Assembly (NCBI GenBank): GCA_010015805.1
Contig: ML978137.1
Span: 434,001-498,000 of the forward strand
DNA length: 64,000 bases
DNA from: Rhizodiscina lignyota
Lineage: Eukaryota
Direction: 5' to 3'
Shown: in pieces, positions 12,381-25,803 of the stretch
How positions within the stretch are numbered: the stretch's first letter is position 1
Layout: each line of letters opens with the position of its first letter
Translations under genes and position numbers: made by a program
Notes under the pieces: generated by a model
Database searches by the model: none
Seen by the model: only the letters and a program-made list of their open reading frames with translations
What the model was told of the DNA's origin: nothing

Positions 12381-14255
12381 ATGTCCCTCTCTTCAGTCTT
12401 GTTCCGTGCTCTTCAGCTTGTTTTACCACTGTCTATTCTAAGTTTGACGTATTTATACCTATATCCCTTCGTCCACGGCTGCGCGTTTCCCTCTCCAGTG
12501 GCGTCTTCCCACCATGTGTCCTTCAACGCGTCATTTATCGGGCCAGGAGGCTTCCAGCAGCAGGCTGACCAAGCGCGAGCAACTATACCCCCGATAGCAC
12601 CATTCAGACTACTGGCTCTCGGTGATCCTCAACTTGAGGGTGATTCCTCGCTGCCGAAGCTGAATGAGGATGGGAAGGGCGTTTTTCCCAGCCTACATCC
12701 GTTCTGGATCTATTCGCCCACCTCTCTGAATTTTGGAATCATCCGTAATGCCTTCCGCGATTTGATCATTAAGGACATACCGAAGCTGGCGAAGTATAGC
12801 CAGAAATGGCTCGATCTCCTTGGCAACGACTTCTATCTCGCGCACATCTACCGTACCATGTCCTGGTGGGCAGAACCCACGCACCTCGTTGTCCTTGGTG
12901 ACTTGCTGGGTAGTCAGTGGGTGAGCGATGAAGAATTCGATCGACGAAGCGACCGATTCTGGGACAGGGTGTTCAAGGGTGCTGAGAAGGTCACGGACGA
13001 GACAATATACGTGGGCGAGGATGAGAACGAGTCTGCCGCGGAGCGTATGGAGGTGCTAGGAGCCGATGAGGATTGGAGGACTCGTATAATTGCCGTTGCA
13101 GGGAACCACGATATTGGATATGCTGGAGACTTGGACGAAAAGAGGATTGAACGGTTCGAGAGGCGCTTCGGCAGGGTGAACTGGAGCATACGGTTCACCC
13201 TATCACCCACTGAGCCAACATTGTGTGACACGCCATCCTCAATCTCAAACGATACAAGGCCAGATGATCCACCGACTTTACGTCTCATTATTCTCAACAG
13301 TATGAACCTGGATACCCCTGCTCTATCGCCGTCTCTTCAAAGCTCGACATACGACTTCCTCAACACCGCAATTCTCACTCAATCCCCCCTCCCACAGTCC
13401 CCCGAAGGACCAGACCATACTGGCACGATCCTCCTCACCCACATACCTCTACACAAGCGCGAAGGTGTCTGCGCCGATGCGCCGTACTTCAACTTCTTTT
13501 CTGGGTTGGAAGGCGATGGCGTTAAGGAACAGAATCATCTGAGCGATTACGCAAGTCGTGTTGGTATACTCGAGGGCATATTCGGGATGAGTGGTGAGGG
13601 ACATAATGCGGCATATAGAGGACTGGGAAGGAGGGGCATGGTGCTGACGGGCCATGATCATGTTGGATGCGATATCTGGCATTTTTGGAACGCGACTATG
13701 AATGTGGATAATGAGGATGGGATTGAGAAGCTGGTCGGAGGATGGGATGCGGTTCGCTACGCTGACGCAGCGGATTTTGTCCAGCAACATGATGTAGTTA
13801 TACATCGCATGGCCGAGGGCGATCGTCCTATCCCAGGATTGCGCGAGACCACCGTGCGCAGCATGATGGGGGAGTTTGGTGGCAACGCCGGTCTTCTGTC
13901 GGGCTGGTTTGATGAGGAACTGCAAGAGTGGCGGTTTGAGTATGCGAGCTGCAAGCTTGGAGTGCAACACATTTGGTGGGCCATCCATATCTTGGCATTA
14001 GTTGCGCTACTCATGACCGTTGTGGGAATTGTGGCATTCATAGCGGAGCAGCGAAGACCGGCCATAGAGGCCGTAAAACCGCGTCGGAAAGGACGGGACG
14101 CGTCAGGAACGGCAAATAGTAGATATCCTCTCGACCCTCACGTTCGCACGTCTGGAGATACTACGAGAGTCAAGACGGGGAAGAATTCAGTAGAAACCCA
14201 GCCAGATCGAGAGAAGAAGCGGATAGAGAAAGGGTTGCAAGTAGGCCCACGATAA
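12381..14255 (+). CDS. TED1: Calcineurin-like metallophosphoesterase, Ted1 family (GPI glycan remodelling)
   Basis: N-terminal TM; LLALGDPQ, GNDFYLAHIY, VLGDLLGSQW, AGNHDIGY, LLTHIPLHK and TGHDH; C-terminal TM. An upstream in-frame ATG at 12285 is an alternative start. Confidence 0.82.
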   Translation: MSLSSVLFRALQLVLPLSILSLTYLYLYPFVHGCAFPSPVASSHHVSFNASFIGPGGFQQQADQARATIPPIAPFRLLALGDPQLEGDSSLPKLNEDGKGVFPSLHPFWIYSPTSLNFGIIRNAFRDLIIKDIPKLAKYSQKWLDLLGNDFYLAHIYRTMSWWAEPTHLVVLGDLLGSQWVSDEEFDRRSDRFWDRVFKGAEKVTDETIYVGEDENESAAERMEVLGADEDWRTRIIAVAGNHDIGYAGDLDEKRIERFERRFGRVNWSIRFTLSPTEPTLCDTPSSISNDTRPDDPPTLRLIILNSMNLDTPALSPSLQSSTYDFLNTAILTQSPLPQSPEGPDHTGTILLTHIPLHKREGVCADAPYFNFFSGLEGDGVKEQNHLSDYASRVGILEGIFGMSGEGHNAAYRGLGRRGMVLTGHDHVGCDIWHFWNATMNVDNEDGIEKLVGGWDAVRYADAADFVQQHDVVIHRMAEGDRPIPGLRETTVRSMMGEFGGNAGLLSGWFDEELQEWRFEYASCKLGVQHIWWAIHILALVALLMTVVGIVAFIAEQRRPAIEAVKPRRKGRDASGTANSRYPLDPHVRTSGDTTRVKTGKNSVETQPDREKKRIEKGLQVGPR

Positions 14256-14468
14256 TCAACGATTCTTTATCAGATTTCAGTCAGGCCGTTCCACACACTC
14301 TGAAAGAGAACATCGCTGGATAATGAAGTGTCGTAGTCATTCAGAAGGTCCTGGTGAATTCGGTTCTGCTGATTGCTACCGAACGTAAAGCAAAGCCATC
14401 ACACTCGCCAGCCCATATGCTCAATGGAAGTCTGCAAAATGAAAATGCCGAAGTTGGACTCCCTCCCC

Positions 14469-15141
14469 TCACATCACCACGCCCGAGTTGCTTGCGATAC
14501 GCTGAAATTCCGTTAGTCTCTCCATTCCAAGTCAGTATCCCAAGTAAACTCACTGGCCACAGCTCTGCCGCCTCCTTTCCAACGGGTCCTGTGATCGCAC
14601 TTCCCTTCATCTCACCCTTGGGGTTCACAATGACACCCGCGTTGTCCTCGAAATAGAGGTATACTCCGTCCGCGCGTCTCCAAGGTTTCGATTGTCGCAC
14701 AACCACAGCCGGCATGACCTTCTTCCTCAGCTCGGGCTTTCCCTTCTTGACGGTCGCCATGACCATGTCGCCGACGCCAGCAGCGGGCAGGCGGTTCAGG
14801 CGCGCACCGATGCCCTTGACGGAGATGATGTAGAGATTGCGAGCGCCGGAATTGTCGCAGCAGTTCATGACTGCGCCGCTGTTCATGATATCAGTCTTTG
14901 CTTCCTCAATCTTTCCATATATGTCGAATTTGAATATCCCCAGGGAGACAATATAGAGCCATAAACTCTTGGAAATAATTGAGGCGAGAATTTTCGGAAG
15001 AGAGCACGTACACAGGCAGACCGAGAGTCATTTTGAGCTTGTTGCCAGAGGCACCGCCGCGTCTGTTCAACAGTAATTGTTAGCTAGCGCTCCGCACATA
15101 ATCCCCAAGTTGAAAGATAGCTCGTACCCTCGCTTCGACAT
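14469..15141 (-). CDS. RPL23: 60S ribosomal protein L23 (uL14), 4 exons
   Basis: Spliced product [38 protein letters not shown]...[11 protein letters not shown]...[25 protein letters not shown]...[12 protein letters not shown]. Confidence 0.97.
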
Positions 15142-15564
15142 TTTGACGGTGTTTTAGGGTCTCTGTTGTAGTTGGAAAGTGAATTTGCTGCAATCGATAA
15201 TTTCGCGATAGCAATTGCGGTCGAAAATGCGTGGTGGCATCGGAACTCGGCGAATATTTCCCCGGGTTACCTCATTTCTTGGCACCAGCCAAATCCAAAG
15301 GCGACACCATTCAATGTGGTCGGCGCAAATGGAACTCCAAAGATAGGTGCAAATTTCATTCCTCAGTTGCCTCGTAAGGTACATCATCATCTACTGGGAT
15401 CGGCCCATGCAAACTCCCGATAATACCCAAGGCTCCGCAAATCAGACTTTTCTACAACCATCATCCTAACGCCTCGCAAAGTGTATGTCTGTTCCGCTCC
15501 CCGTATATCAGTCGTACTCCTTCTGCCCAAGCTCGTCATCGCTGTAGCTCCTCGCATGACAGCA

Positions 15565-17335
15565 TTATCCCAAGAGATCATCGAATGCGCTCCCACCTGC
15601 TGGCTTCTGTCCTGACGCAGCGGGAGGTGCCGCAGGACCACCCGTAGGCGCAGGAGCACCCCACAAACTTGCGCTCGTCTTTTGCTTTGCCATATCAGCC
15701 ATGCTGACGCCCGCACCAGGCTTTGGGGTCGTCTTCTTGGACCCTCCGAGCAAGCTGCTGAAGGCATCTCCACCAGCCGGCTTCGGCTTTTGACCACCAA
15801 TGCTACCAGATGGCGAGAGTACGCTGCCGGGAGTGGAAGACCCTGGAGTGTTGGACTGGCCCATAGATACGGATTGGAAGTAGTTGGGGCCAGTCGGCTG
15901 GTAGCCCGTGGGCTTGGTAGGTTGGGCAGCCATCATTGGTGTAGAAGCCGCTCCAGTTGACATTGGCGGAGGCGAAAATGTGGATGCTGACATGGCCATG
16001 GGAGTGCTGCCAGTAGATTGTGGTGGGGGAGAGACAGAAGCGAAAAGATCATTGATGTTGGACTTTTGTGTGCCTTGAACAGGTTGTGGAGCTGCGAACT
16101 GCGTGGACGCTGTTGTCGTGGAAGTCGAAGCGGGCGGAGCAATGCTGAATGCAGAAGCAGAGGACTGAACAGGAGCTGTCTGGGTCGATGGAGTCGCAGA
16201 CTGGAAGTCGTCGAACTCATCGTCATCTGCACCACCAGGGGACTGGAAGCCACCAAAATCGTTGGCAGCAGATGTTGCTGGGGCCTTTCCGTTCGATACA
16301 GATACAGGAGCTGCAGGTTCGTCAAAGTCGAACAGATCCACTTCCGGTGCCTTCGGTTTCGGAGGGTCTTCCTTCTTGGCTTCCCGCTTAACAGCTGATG
16401 CTCGAGTATCGCTCTGCCTTCGTCCGGGGGCAGCCACTGCGCCTTCATCGTATTCATCATATTCCTCGAACCTGTCTTTTCTGCCTTGTGTGTCACTGAA
16501 GCCGCCTTCATTGCCTCCGAATCCTCCACCATCACCGTACACCCCTCCGCTGTAACCACCATATCCACCCTCGGGACCACCAAATCCACCAGACTCGCTT
16601 CCAAAGCCGCCAAATCTGCTTGATGTACCGCCCATACCCATTCCGCCTTCTACACCGCCATATTTGTTCCTAGTCGACCGCGCCCTCTTCCTCTCTGACC
16701 TTATGCGTTCGACGTCGCTCAGCAGCTCGGTCAACTCCTTGCTGCGGTTCCGCACATTAATGCCCTGATCTTTGCCATTCTGGTCGATGAAATGGAACTG
16801 TCGGAGCATCTTGAGGAGAGACAGATGGGACCGAGCATCGTCAATGACACGTTCAGAGCCATTCTTGATAAGGAACTCGAGGAGTTGGAGAGCCTGTAAG
16901 ATGAATGTCGTTAGTCAGGACTGCAGCGGGTAATAGTGCATTGGCTTTTACCTTGTATATCTGCCGCCATTCCTCCGCAGACTTCTCCGTGAAGCGTTTG
17001 TATATCATTGGCATGATCTCGTTGAGCAATTGGCTGTCAAACGTGTCAGTCCCACAGATGCGATCCCTCGACAATGTCCCATACTAGCTAAAAGTTCCAT
17101 TCGCAATCTCTTGCATCAGCGTCGAAGAAGCCCCCCACGGTTCATTATTCGTCGCCTCTCGGACCTTAGCCTCCATCTCGGTATAGTTCATTACCGCTAT
17201 GGTAGCAGTCAGCCATGTGAATCGAAGACAGCTGTTCCGCCGACAATGCTTACCATTTTGAACCTTTCGCACACCGGCTTTTAAATCGTAAAGAGTTAAG
17301 TTGGTAACTTGGTCTTTTAGGCTGGAGAAATCCAT
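15565..17335 (-). CDS. ENT3: ENTH-domain epsin-related clathrin adaptor (Ent3/EpsinR)
   Basis: NLTLYDLKAGVRKVQN, EAKVREATNNEPWGASSTLM, EEWRQIYK and DQNGKDQGINVR. Tail carries DLFDF and DEFDDF adaptor-binding motifs. Three introns. Confidence 0.93.
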
Positions 17336-17675
17336 GGCGGGCGATGAAGAAACCGCAAATTCCTGAGGGCAGGCGGAGTAATGGTCGAGATGTTGTTCGA
17401 CTCGATGTTGCTCGGGGGAGGTTCAGCGGCGGTGGGAGCGGAAGAGCCCCAAGACTTTTCCGTTTTGGGACTATCGCCAACATTTTTGGGCTCGGACGAA
17501 GAAACAAGTTCAAAATATCCACGAAACAGATTTTCAATGCAGATTATATTTGAACTTGTTTTCTAATTCTAGTCATTGCCCTCAGAGGGTTGTTGAGCGC
17601 CCTTATCTTGTTCGTAAATTCTACTCCGCGCAGTCCTTCCTCAGTCAAAACCAATGTGATCTGACAATAACTCAT

Positions 17676-19007
17676 CTACAGTCTTGCCTGAGCCTTCCCA
17701 CCTAGTCTCAACTCCTTAGCTAGTTCCCTCATCCCATTCAGCAGATCGCTCTTCAAGTCCTGAAAATCCTCAACTCCAATGCTGAGCCTCATGACCCGAT
17801 CATCTACAGTTCGATCAGACATACGCCTCCACTCAATCAAGCTCTCTGCTCCACCCAAACTAGTCGCATGGTGGAAGAGCTTCAACTTGCTCGGCAGCCT
17901 CTTGGCTGTCTCTCTATCTCTCATCCATATCGTAAAGACCGGCCCAAATCCATTCGGCATCTGCTTCTTCAACCACCCCATATCCTTCTTCTGCAAGCTC
18001 GCATGCTGTAATCGAGCGACCAGCTCTTTCACCACAATCGCATCGTCGCTCACTGCCACCGCTGCTCCCTCTTCTCCACTCCCTGCCCTCATCAACCCAT
18101 CCAACCAGCTCACTAAGGCCTCCGTATTCTTGCTTTGCCTCTGCACTCTTAGCTCCAGCGTCCTTAAACTCCTGACTCCCAACCAGCCTTCAAAGCTCCC
18201 CATCACACTACCCAAGAAGATTCGATCCGTGTACAACTGCTGGAACCAATCCTTTCTCCTCACTACTAGCACACCACACAGCATATCGCTATGCCCACCT
18301 ACATACTTTGTGCCACTATGCATCACCACATCTGCGCCCCACTCAAATGGGTCCTGCAGCCCAGGCGGCCCAAAAGTCGCGTCGACTGTCAAGTACGCCC
18401 CTCTCTTGTGCGCCTTCTCCGCAAACTCGGCCAGGTTATAGGCTTCACCTGTCGGATTTAGCGGTGTTTCGACATGCACCATGTCTCCTTTGCCCAAACC
18501 CGCCGCGTCCCAGGCGCTCTCGTCCCGCAGGTCCACTTTCTTGACACCGTATAGCCGCTCGAGGATACCCAGCACGCCGTGGCAGCCGTGGTACCCTTCA
18601 TAGATGGCGACGACCTTGGGGCGGAGGAGCACGCACATGGCATGGAAGGATGAGAGACCAGAGGAGTACGTCAGGGCTTGGCCATGGCAGAGGCGCGAGA
18701 GGATTCGTTCAAGGCGCGAGGTATTGGGCGCAGAGAGGCGGGAGTAGACATGTGGTTCAAAGCCCGTGAGCTGATGAAAAGTTAGTGGGCATCTCAAGCC
18801 TTGCAATAGTGTAGCGCTTGCCTCTTCATCCTCTCCTGGGACCAATTCGTCTGGATTATGACTGTATCTGAAGGTCGTCGATACGTGCATCGGTGGGGCG
18901 ACATCGGTGCTGCTGTTCAGCGGATCGTCTCCGTGGATTCCCAGCGTCGCCGGCGCATATTGGAGCTCTGAAGCTGCCTTTGAGCTGTCATCTTTGCCGG
19001 GAGCCAT
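17676..19007 (-). CDS. PLP-dependent Cys/Met metabolism enzyme (cystathionine gamma-synthase/lyase family)
   Basis: VAPPMHVSTTF, YSR..PN, YHGCHG, VETPLNPTG, VDATF, PLP lysine motif HSGTKYVGGHSD and ATSLGGAESL. Probable GC-AG intron at 18771-18821. Ends in ARL. Confidence 0.9.
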   Translation of the reverse strand: MAPGKDDSSKAASELQYAPATLGIHGDDPLNSSTDVAPPMHVSTTFRYSHNPDELVPGEDEEASATLLQGLRCPLTFHQLTGFEPHVYSRLSAPNTSRLERILSRLCHGQALTYSSGLSSFHAMCVLLRPKVVAIYEGYHGCHGVLGILERLYGVKKVDLRDESAWDAAGLGKGDMVHVETPLNPTGEAYNLAEFAEKAHKRGAYLTVDATFGPPGLQDPFEWGADVVMHSGTKYVGGHSDMLCGVLVVRRKDWFQQLYTDRIFLGSVMGSFEGWLGVRSLRTLELRVQRQSKNTEALVSWLDGLMRAGSGEEGAAVAVSDDAIVVKELVARLQHASLQKKDMGWLKKQMPNGFGPVFTIWMRDRETAKRLPSKLKLFHHATSLGGAESLIEWRRMSDRTVDDRVMRLSIGVEDFQDLKSDLLNGMRELAKELRLGGKAQARL

Positions 19008-19602
19008 TTCTCAAGTCAATTGGAGATATGGATATGCCAATTGAGCGTGGTTGTGAGCTCCCGATATATGGCCGTAGCGGAAATTTTGGACATCTTTGAC
19101 ATGCTCGGTCCGCCCTATGATAGCCCCACCATGGCGTGCGCGAAAGCCAGTCGGTGAGGCGGGCCTGGAAAACATGCTTAAATATGAGTAATCTCTGTAA
19201 CTCTTTTGACGGAGGAAGAGACGACAAGCCGGAAGAGATGGCACATGAACATGAAGAGATGTTGTGCAAAGTCAGCGTTTCGCCGTCAGCTCGTGCCTAA
19301 GTGAGCTGTCGTTGACATGGGATGATGATGGGCAGCCTGAAGATGGACGCAATCGACAATGAAAGTCATTCAATATGATTCACAGACACGTTGCACTCGA
19401 AGCTTGTGACATGTTATTAAGTCATGCAGCAATTGTCCATTTGGTCATAATGTTGCCGCTATCTAACCTTCTCAACTTTTCAGTCACAGAGAGTGATCTG
19501 TCGTCCAATTTTTGCCGTCTATCCCCTTTTCCCAACCTGTCGCCGTCACTGCCTAATCATACCATGTCCACTACCATGTCCTGTCACGCTTAGAGAAGGC
19601 GT

Positions 19603-20738
19603 TTAGGACTGGCCGCAGTCAACAATGACGGGCTCGCCATCACGCTTGTCGTACTTGGTGGAGCCAGAGCTGGAGCCGACAGCCTCAATGGCGCGGACGA
19701 CCTTCATCGAATCCACATCACCGGGAACGACCTCGCCGAAGACGACGTGCTTGCCGTCGAGCCAGGAGGTCACAACGGTGGTGACGAAGAACTGAGAGCC
19801 GTTGCTGTTGCATCATGTAAGCATCGACCTTGCCCAAGAGGAACACCAGAATGACTACTTACGTGTTGGGGCCGGCGTTGGCCATGGACAGGAGGAAGGG
19901 CTTGTCGTGCTTGAGCTTGAAGTTCTCATCCGCGAACTTCTCGCCGTAGATGGAGCGACCACCAGTACCCTGTTGTCCACGTGTCAGCGCTCTGTATGCT
20001 CTCGAGTATGGGTCTGTCCCGAGTTTTGCAGGCTCGCGATTGGAAGGGACGCACATTGCCGCGAGTGAAGTCACCGCCCTGAAGCATGAACTGAGGGATC
20101 ACGCGGTGGAAGCGAGACCCAATGTAGCCGGTGCCCTTGTCACGGTTGGTGCAGAGAACACGGAAGTTCTCGGCGGTCTTGGGAACGACATCGTCGAAGA
20201 GGTGGAAGTTGATACGGCCAGACTGGGCTGTTTGAGAGTTACAGGATTAGCCAGCGCTCTATAGCAGTGAATTGAGTAGGTTGGTGCCCAAGGTGTCTTG
20301 GTGAAGCTGAGGAATCCTTCTTTCTGCTACTGGAAGGTGGGGCAGTGAAAACCCTGAGAGCGTCATTCCAAGAGCTGAACAACACGGGAGGCGTTGATTC
20401 AAGTCTCAGAGTCTGCTCAGAATTCTCCGTACAGTTTCACATCTCCATGATTGCAGTGTATAGAGTGTTGAGGAGTCGACGGCTGAAAGTTGCCTGCTGC
20501 ACTTACGTTTGTCTCCAGACCGGTCAACATTAGTTACCTTGCCGTTGGAGTCGACCGTGACCTCAGGGCCGGTCCACTTGCAGTCAAAGTAGACAGAGAC
20601 AGTCATTTTTGCTGTGCTTGCGTGAAAGCGTCTTGAGAAAAGGTGTGTTGAAGGATTGAAGCTGGAGGAAGCAAGTTTTGGAGAGTTCGAGAGCTTATGA
20701 ACAAAATAAAGCCCGGATCGAAGTGGGGAAGAGGCCAT
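19603..20738 (-). CDS. Cyclophilin A-type peptidyl-prolyl isomerase with mitochondrial (ATG 20738) and cytosolic (ATG 20606) starts
   Basis: [53 protein letters not shown] and [10 protein letters not shown]. Three introns, the first 279 nt (20228-20506). Confidence 0.95.
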
Positions 20739-21477
20739 CGCGGGGTAGGCAGGAGCAACACTTGGACAGGGGTCAGCGACACTAGCTCAGATCGAGCTTT
20801 TCATACGGTAAACAATGATGTCGCCTTCGAGGCGATGAGGGTGATCCGGCATGAAATCATGCAGCCCAGTCTGCAGCGCTTTTCGTGCCACCCGTCATCA
20901 GGTGGAACCACTGCGGCAAAAGCTCCGGGAGTGTCTTACCAGGATCATCCGGCTGTGCAAAGGGGGAAAAAGAAGACCAAGGGAGAGGAGAGGTTGAAGG
21001 AGCGACGAACCTTGTACAGCTAGGAGATGGGAGGGTAGTGCAGGAGACGGAGTATAAACGACCAAGTACAATTACAGTATGAGATTGAGGATACAAGACG
21101 CCCCGAATTGACCGGTCAAAGGCTCTTGGGGAGGGGTGGGTAAATCAAGGTTTGGTGGAGAAAGATTTTGCTTCCCTTGAAAGGGGTCGTCTGAGCACGT
21201 GACCATCCGTCAACGTCCAGGTTTCACGATTCTTCACAACGTCATGGAGGATTGGTATCCGTGAAGTGCACTCCTGCATGTGCTCGGAGGTCCCTCCCTT
21301 TGCAGGGTAATGTACGGCCGGCATACCTCACGCATATCACGATACATGTACTTGCAGGATGCAGTGAAACCTCACCAAAGACAGTGCTCGGTGACATGGA
21401 TTGAATCGCAACAATGCGAGAATGCGTACAAACGAGCCAAGAGCACTATTTGGCGCTCCATATCATCAAACAACAAC

Positions 21478-23594
<2,117 letters not shown>

Positions 23595-24620
23595 TGCTGT
23601 CGTACTTCGAAAATGCCGATTAAACGAATCTAGATGAGAAACTTGATTCTAATATGGATTCTGCTGAATAAACTGATGCTCTCGTAGACGAGGAGTAGAA
23701 CTGAGTAGGCGCGTGCAACAAGCAAATGATCACAAGGAAGGTCTCCAACTCCGACGAGGCTAACGGCAGGTCTTGAAGTCTGGAAGCAGGATTGAGAGGC
23801 TAATTGATATTTAATAACGTCGAAACGGGACGCCCGTCCTTACCAAATAGCTGTCCCACGAGGGCGGCCGAAGGCAGGCTATCTCGCCTACCAACCTGAT
23901 CCGTGTACACGCAAGTGAGACCCTGCATGCTCTCGCCAATGACGTACATCTAGCGATTGCACAGTATGGACGGTTCGAACTTTAAGATGGAACGAAGGGG
24001 ATGCTATAATTTTCTGCTGCCACTGAGTCAGCACGTAAAAGCTGATTCATCGGAACATACAGGGTCGCATGGCCTGATGGCTCGTCCCGATCGCGGTTTT
24101 GAAGAGAGATACATAGGAGGCAGGTATGTGAGGAATCGTATCGGCTGACACTGCTCTGGCTTTGTCACGAGCTTTTGTTGAAGCTGATGAGGAGGACGCA
24201 GGGATATCTCAAATCTACTTTCCCCCAAATTTCCCTCAAATTTCACTTCTAATTCATCTACGTACATTGCATCAGGCAAAGTCTGAATTGACCTAGGCCA
24301 TGGACATCGAAATTGCTCGTTGCATTACAAGACCTTGTGATACTACGGTCATCGCACAAAAGCAGTAGATGTGTATATAAGATTTCCTGAGTTCCTCATC
24401 TTTAGAACCCACATACATACGCGACAAGCTTCTCTAGGTACTCGTTCACAGCCTTCCCACGAGAAGGAGATCACCTCGCGAATCGCACCCAGCTCCTTCA
24501 GCACGAGTACGCCGACCTCGACAGTATCTTTAGCCTTGTGCGTCAGCCTACAGCGGCTCTCCGCACGATAATAGGCCTTAACGGCCGCCGTGTACTGACG
24601 AACGCGGCCTGCGTACAGAG

Positions 24621-25145
24621 CTAACCCACGTTCTCGCCTTCAATAGTAAAGCGCTTCGAGTAGCGCAAGCATACAGGGCCATGAAACGTGAGGTGATTGG
24701 TCGCCGCACGAAGTATCAGATCATGTACGTTCGTAGGTAGGCGTCTTGTAAGGGATCGATAGAGGAGGACCGACGGACCAACTTGATGTAGCTGTCGAAG
24801 TGTCTCTGTATCTAACTGTTTCGTAAGATCGGCGTTCGAGAGTGTAGTCTCCTCACCGTATACTTCAATCGAAATACAGTCTGCAAGGGAGCTACCGATA
24901 TAACACTGTAGGGCAAGCAGAAGACGGGCAACGACGAAATTACCCTCCTCTGCTGCGTGCTCTAGCTGAAGCTGGAGATTCGCTGTAGCCACCGAAGTTG
25001 TGCCTTGCTGGATTTGGATAGGGGATGCCCCATGTGCCTGACAGAGCGTCTGCTGGTTGATATGGTGGAATATCTCACCAACGCTTTTCCCGTAGCGCAA
25101 GCACACAGGGCGAATCAGAGACTCAGGGGCAGTCTCAGAACGCAT
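24621..25145 (-). CDS. Hypothetical protein (3' exon structure uncertain)
   Basis: 174-aa ATG ORF with a repeated PVCLRY. A further coding-like frame lies at about 24430-24630. Confidence 0.4.
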   Translation of the reverse strand: MRSETAPESLIRPVCLRYGKSVGEIFHHINQQTLCQAHGASPIQIQQGTTSVATANLQLQLEHAAEEGNFVVARLLLALQCYIGSSLADCISIEVYGEETTLSNADLTKQLDTETLRQLHQVGPSVLLYRSLTRRLPTNVHDLILRAATNHLTFHGPVCLRYSKRFTIEGENVG

Positions 25146-25803
25146 GGCGATCGGAGTCGCCGGGACAGAAGAAGAGGAAGGCTCTCTGCGGTGTTGGGCA
25201 CATGATGTACCGCAGAGGAAGATACGATGGTCGAGGGTGCCTGTGATACTATAGCTTCACATTTAATTCGGACGGATTGAGAATATTCCGAAACGATTGC
25301 CGGCCCTTTCCAAGATTTGGGGAGAGAAAGTCTTGGGTTCCATGTGCTGAGGGCGACCTCGTCGCAGAGCGCCGGTTTGGAAATATGTCCTCAAACGCAA
25401 TTCTACAATAGCATGAGAGCCATATATGCATCAACCGGTGAGCCATTACCCGCTTGAGTACGTACATAGGGGACTTCTTCACTCTCGTTTGGGTAGCATC
25501 AAAGCTTCCTGTCGATATAACCTTGCCTCTCATCTGCGATGCTCCAAGCTCTTGCGCAATCTCTCTCTCCAGCATAGTCACACATCAAGCACGGTATGCA
25601 CACCACACCACAGGGAAAGCACCCGGGTCTCAGCCAGTAAACTCGTTCATTTCTACCGCGCCGGGGGATATCATAAGAACATCGGCAATGACAGCAGCTC
25701 GACTACCATCACATAAGTGGCAGGTCGTGGCCATTCAAATGGCAACCCAAACGCCACGCCAAGCTCAATATACGCAAGGAAATTTTCTTTCATCTCTGCA
25801 TCA

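Noticed and set aside
20350..20425. CTGAGA in the cyclophilin intron as a TPP riboswitch
   Set aside because: The remaining aptamer elements are absent and the gene is unrelated to thiamine.
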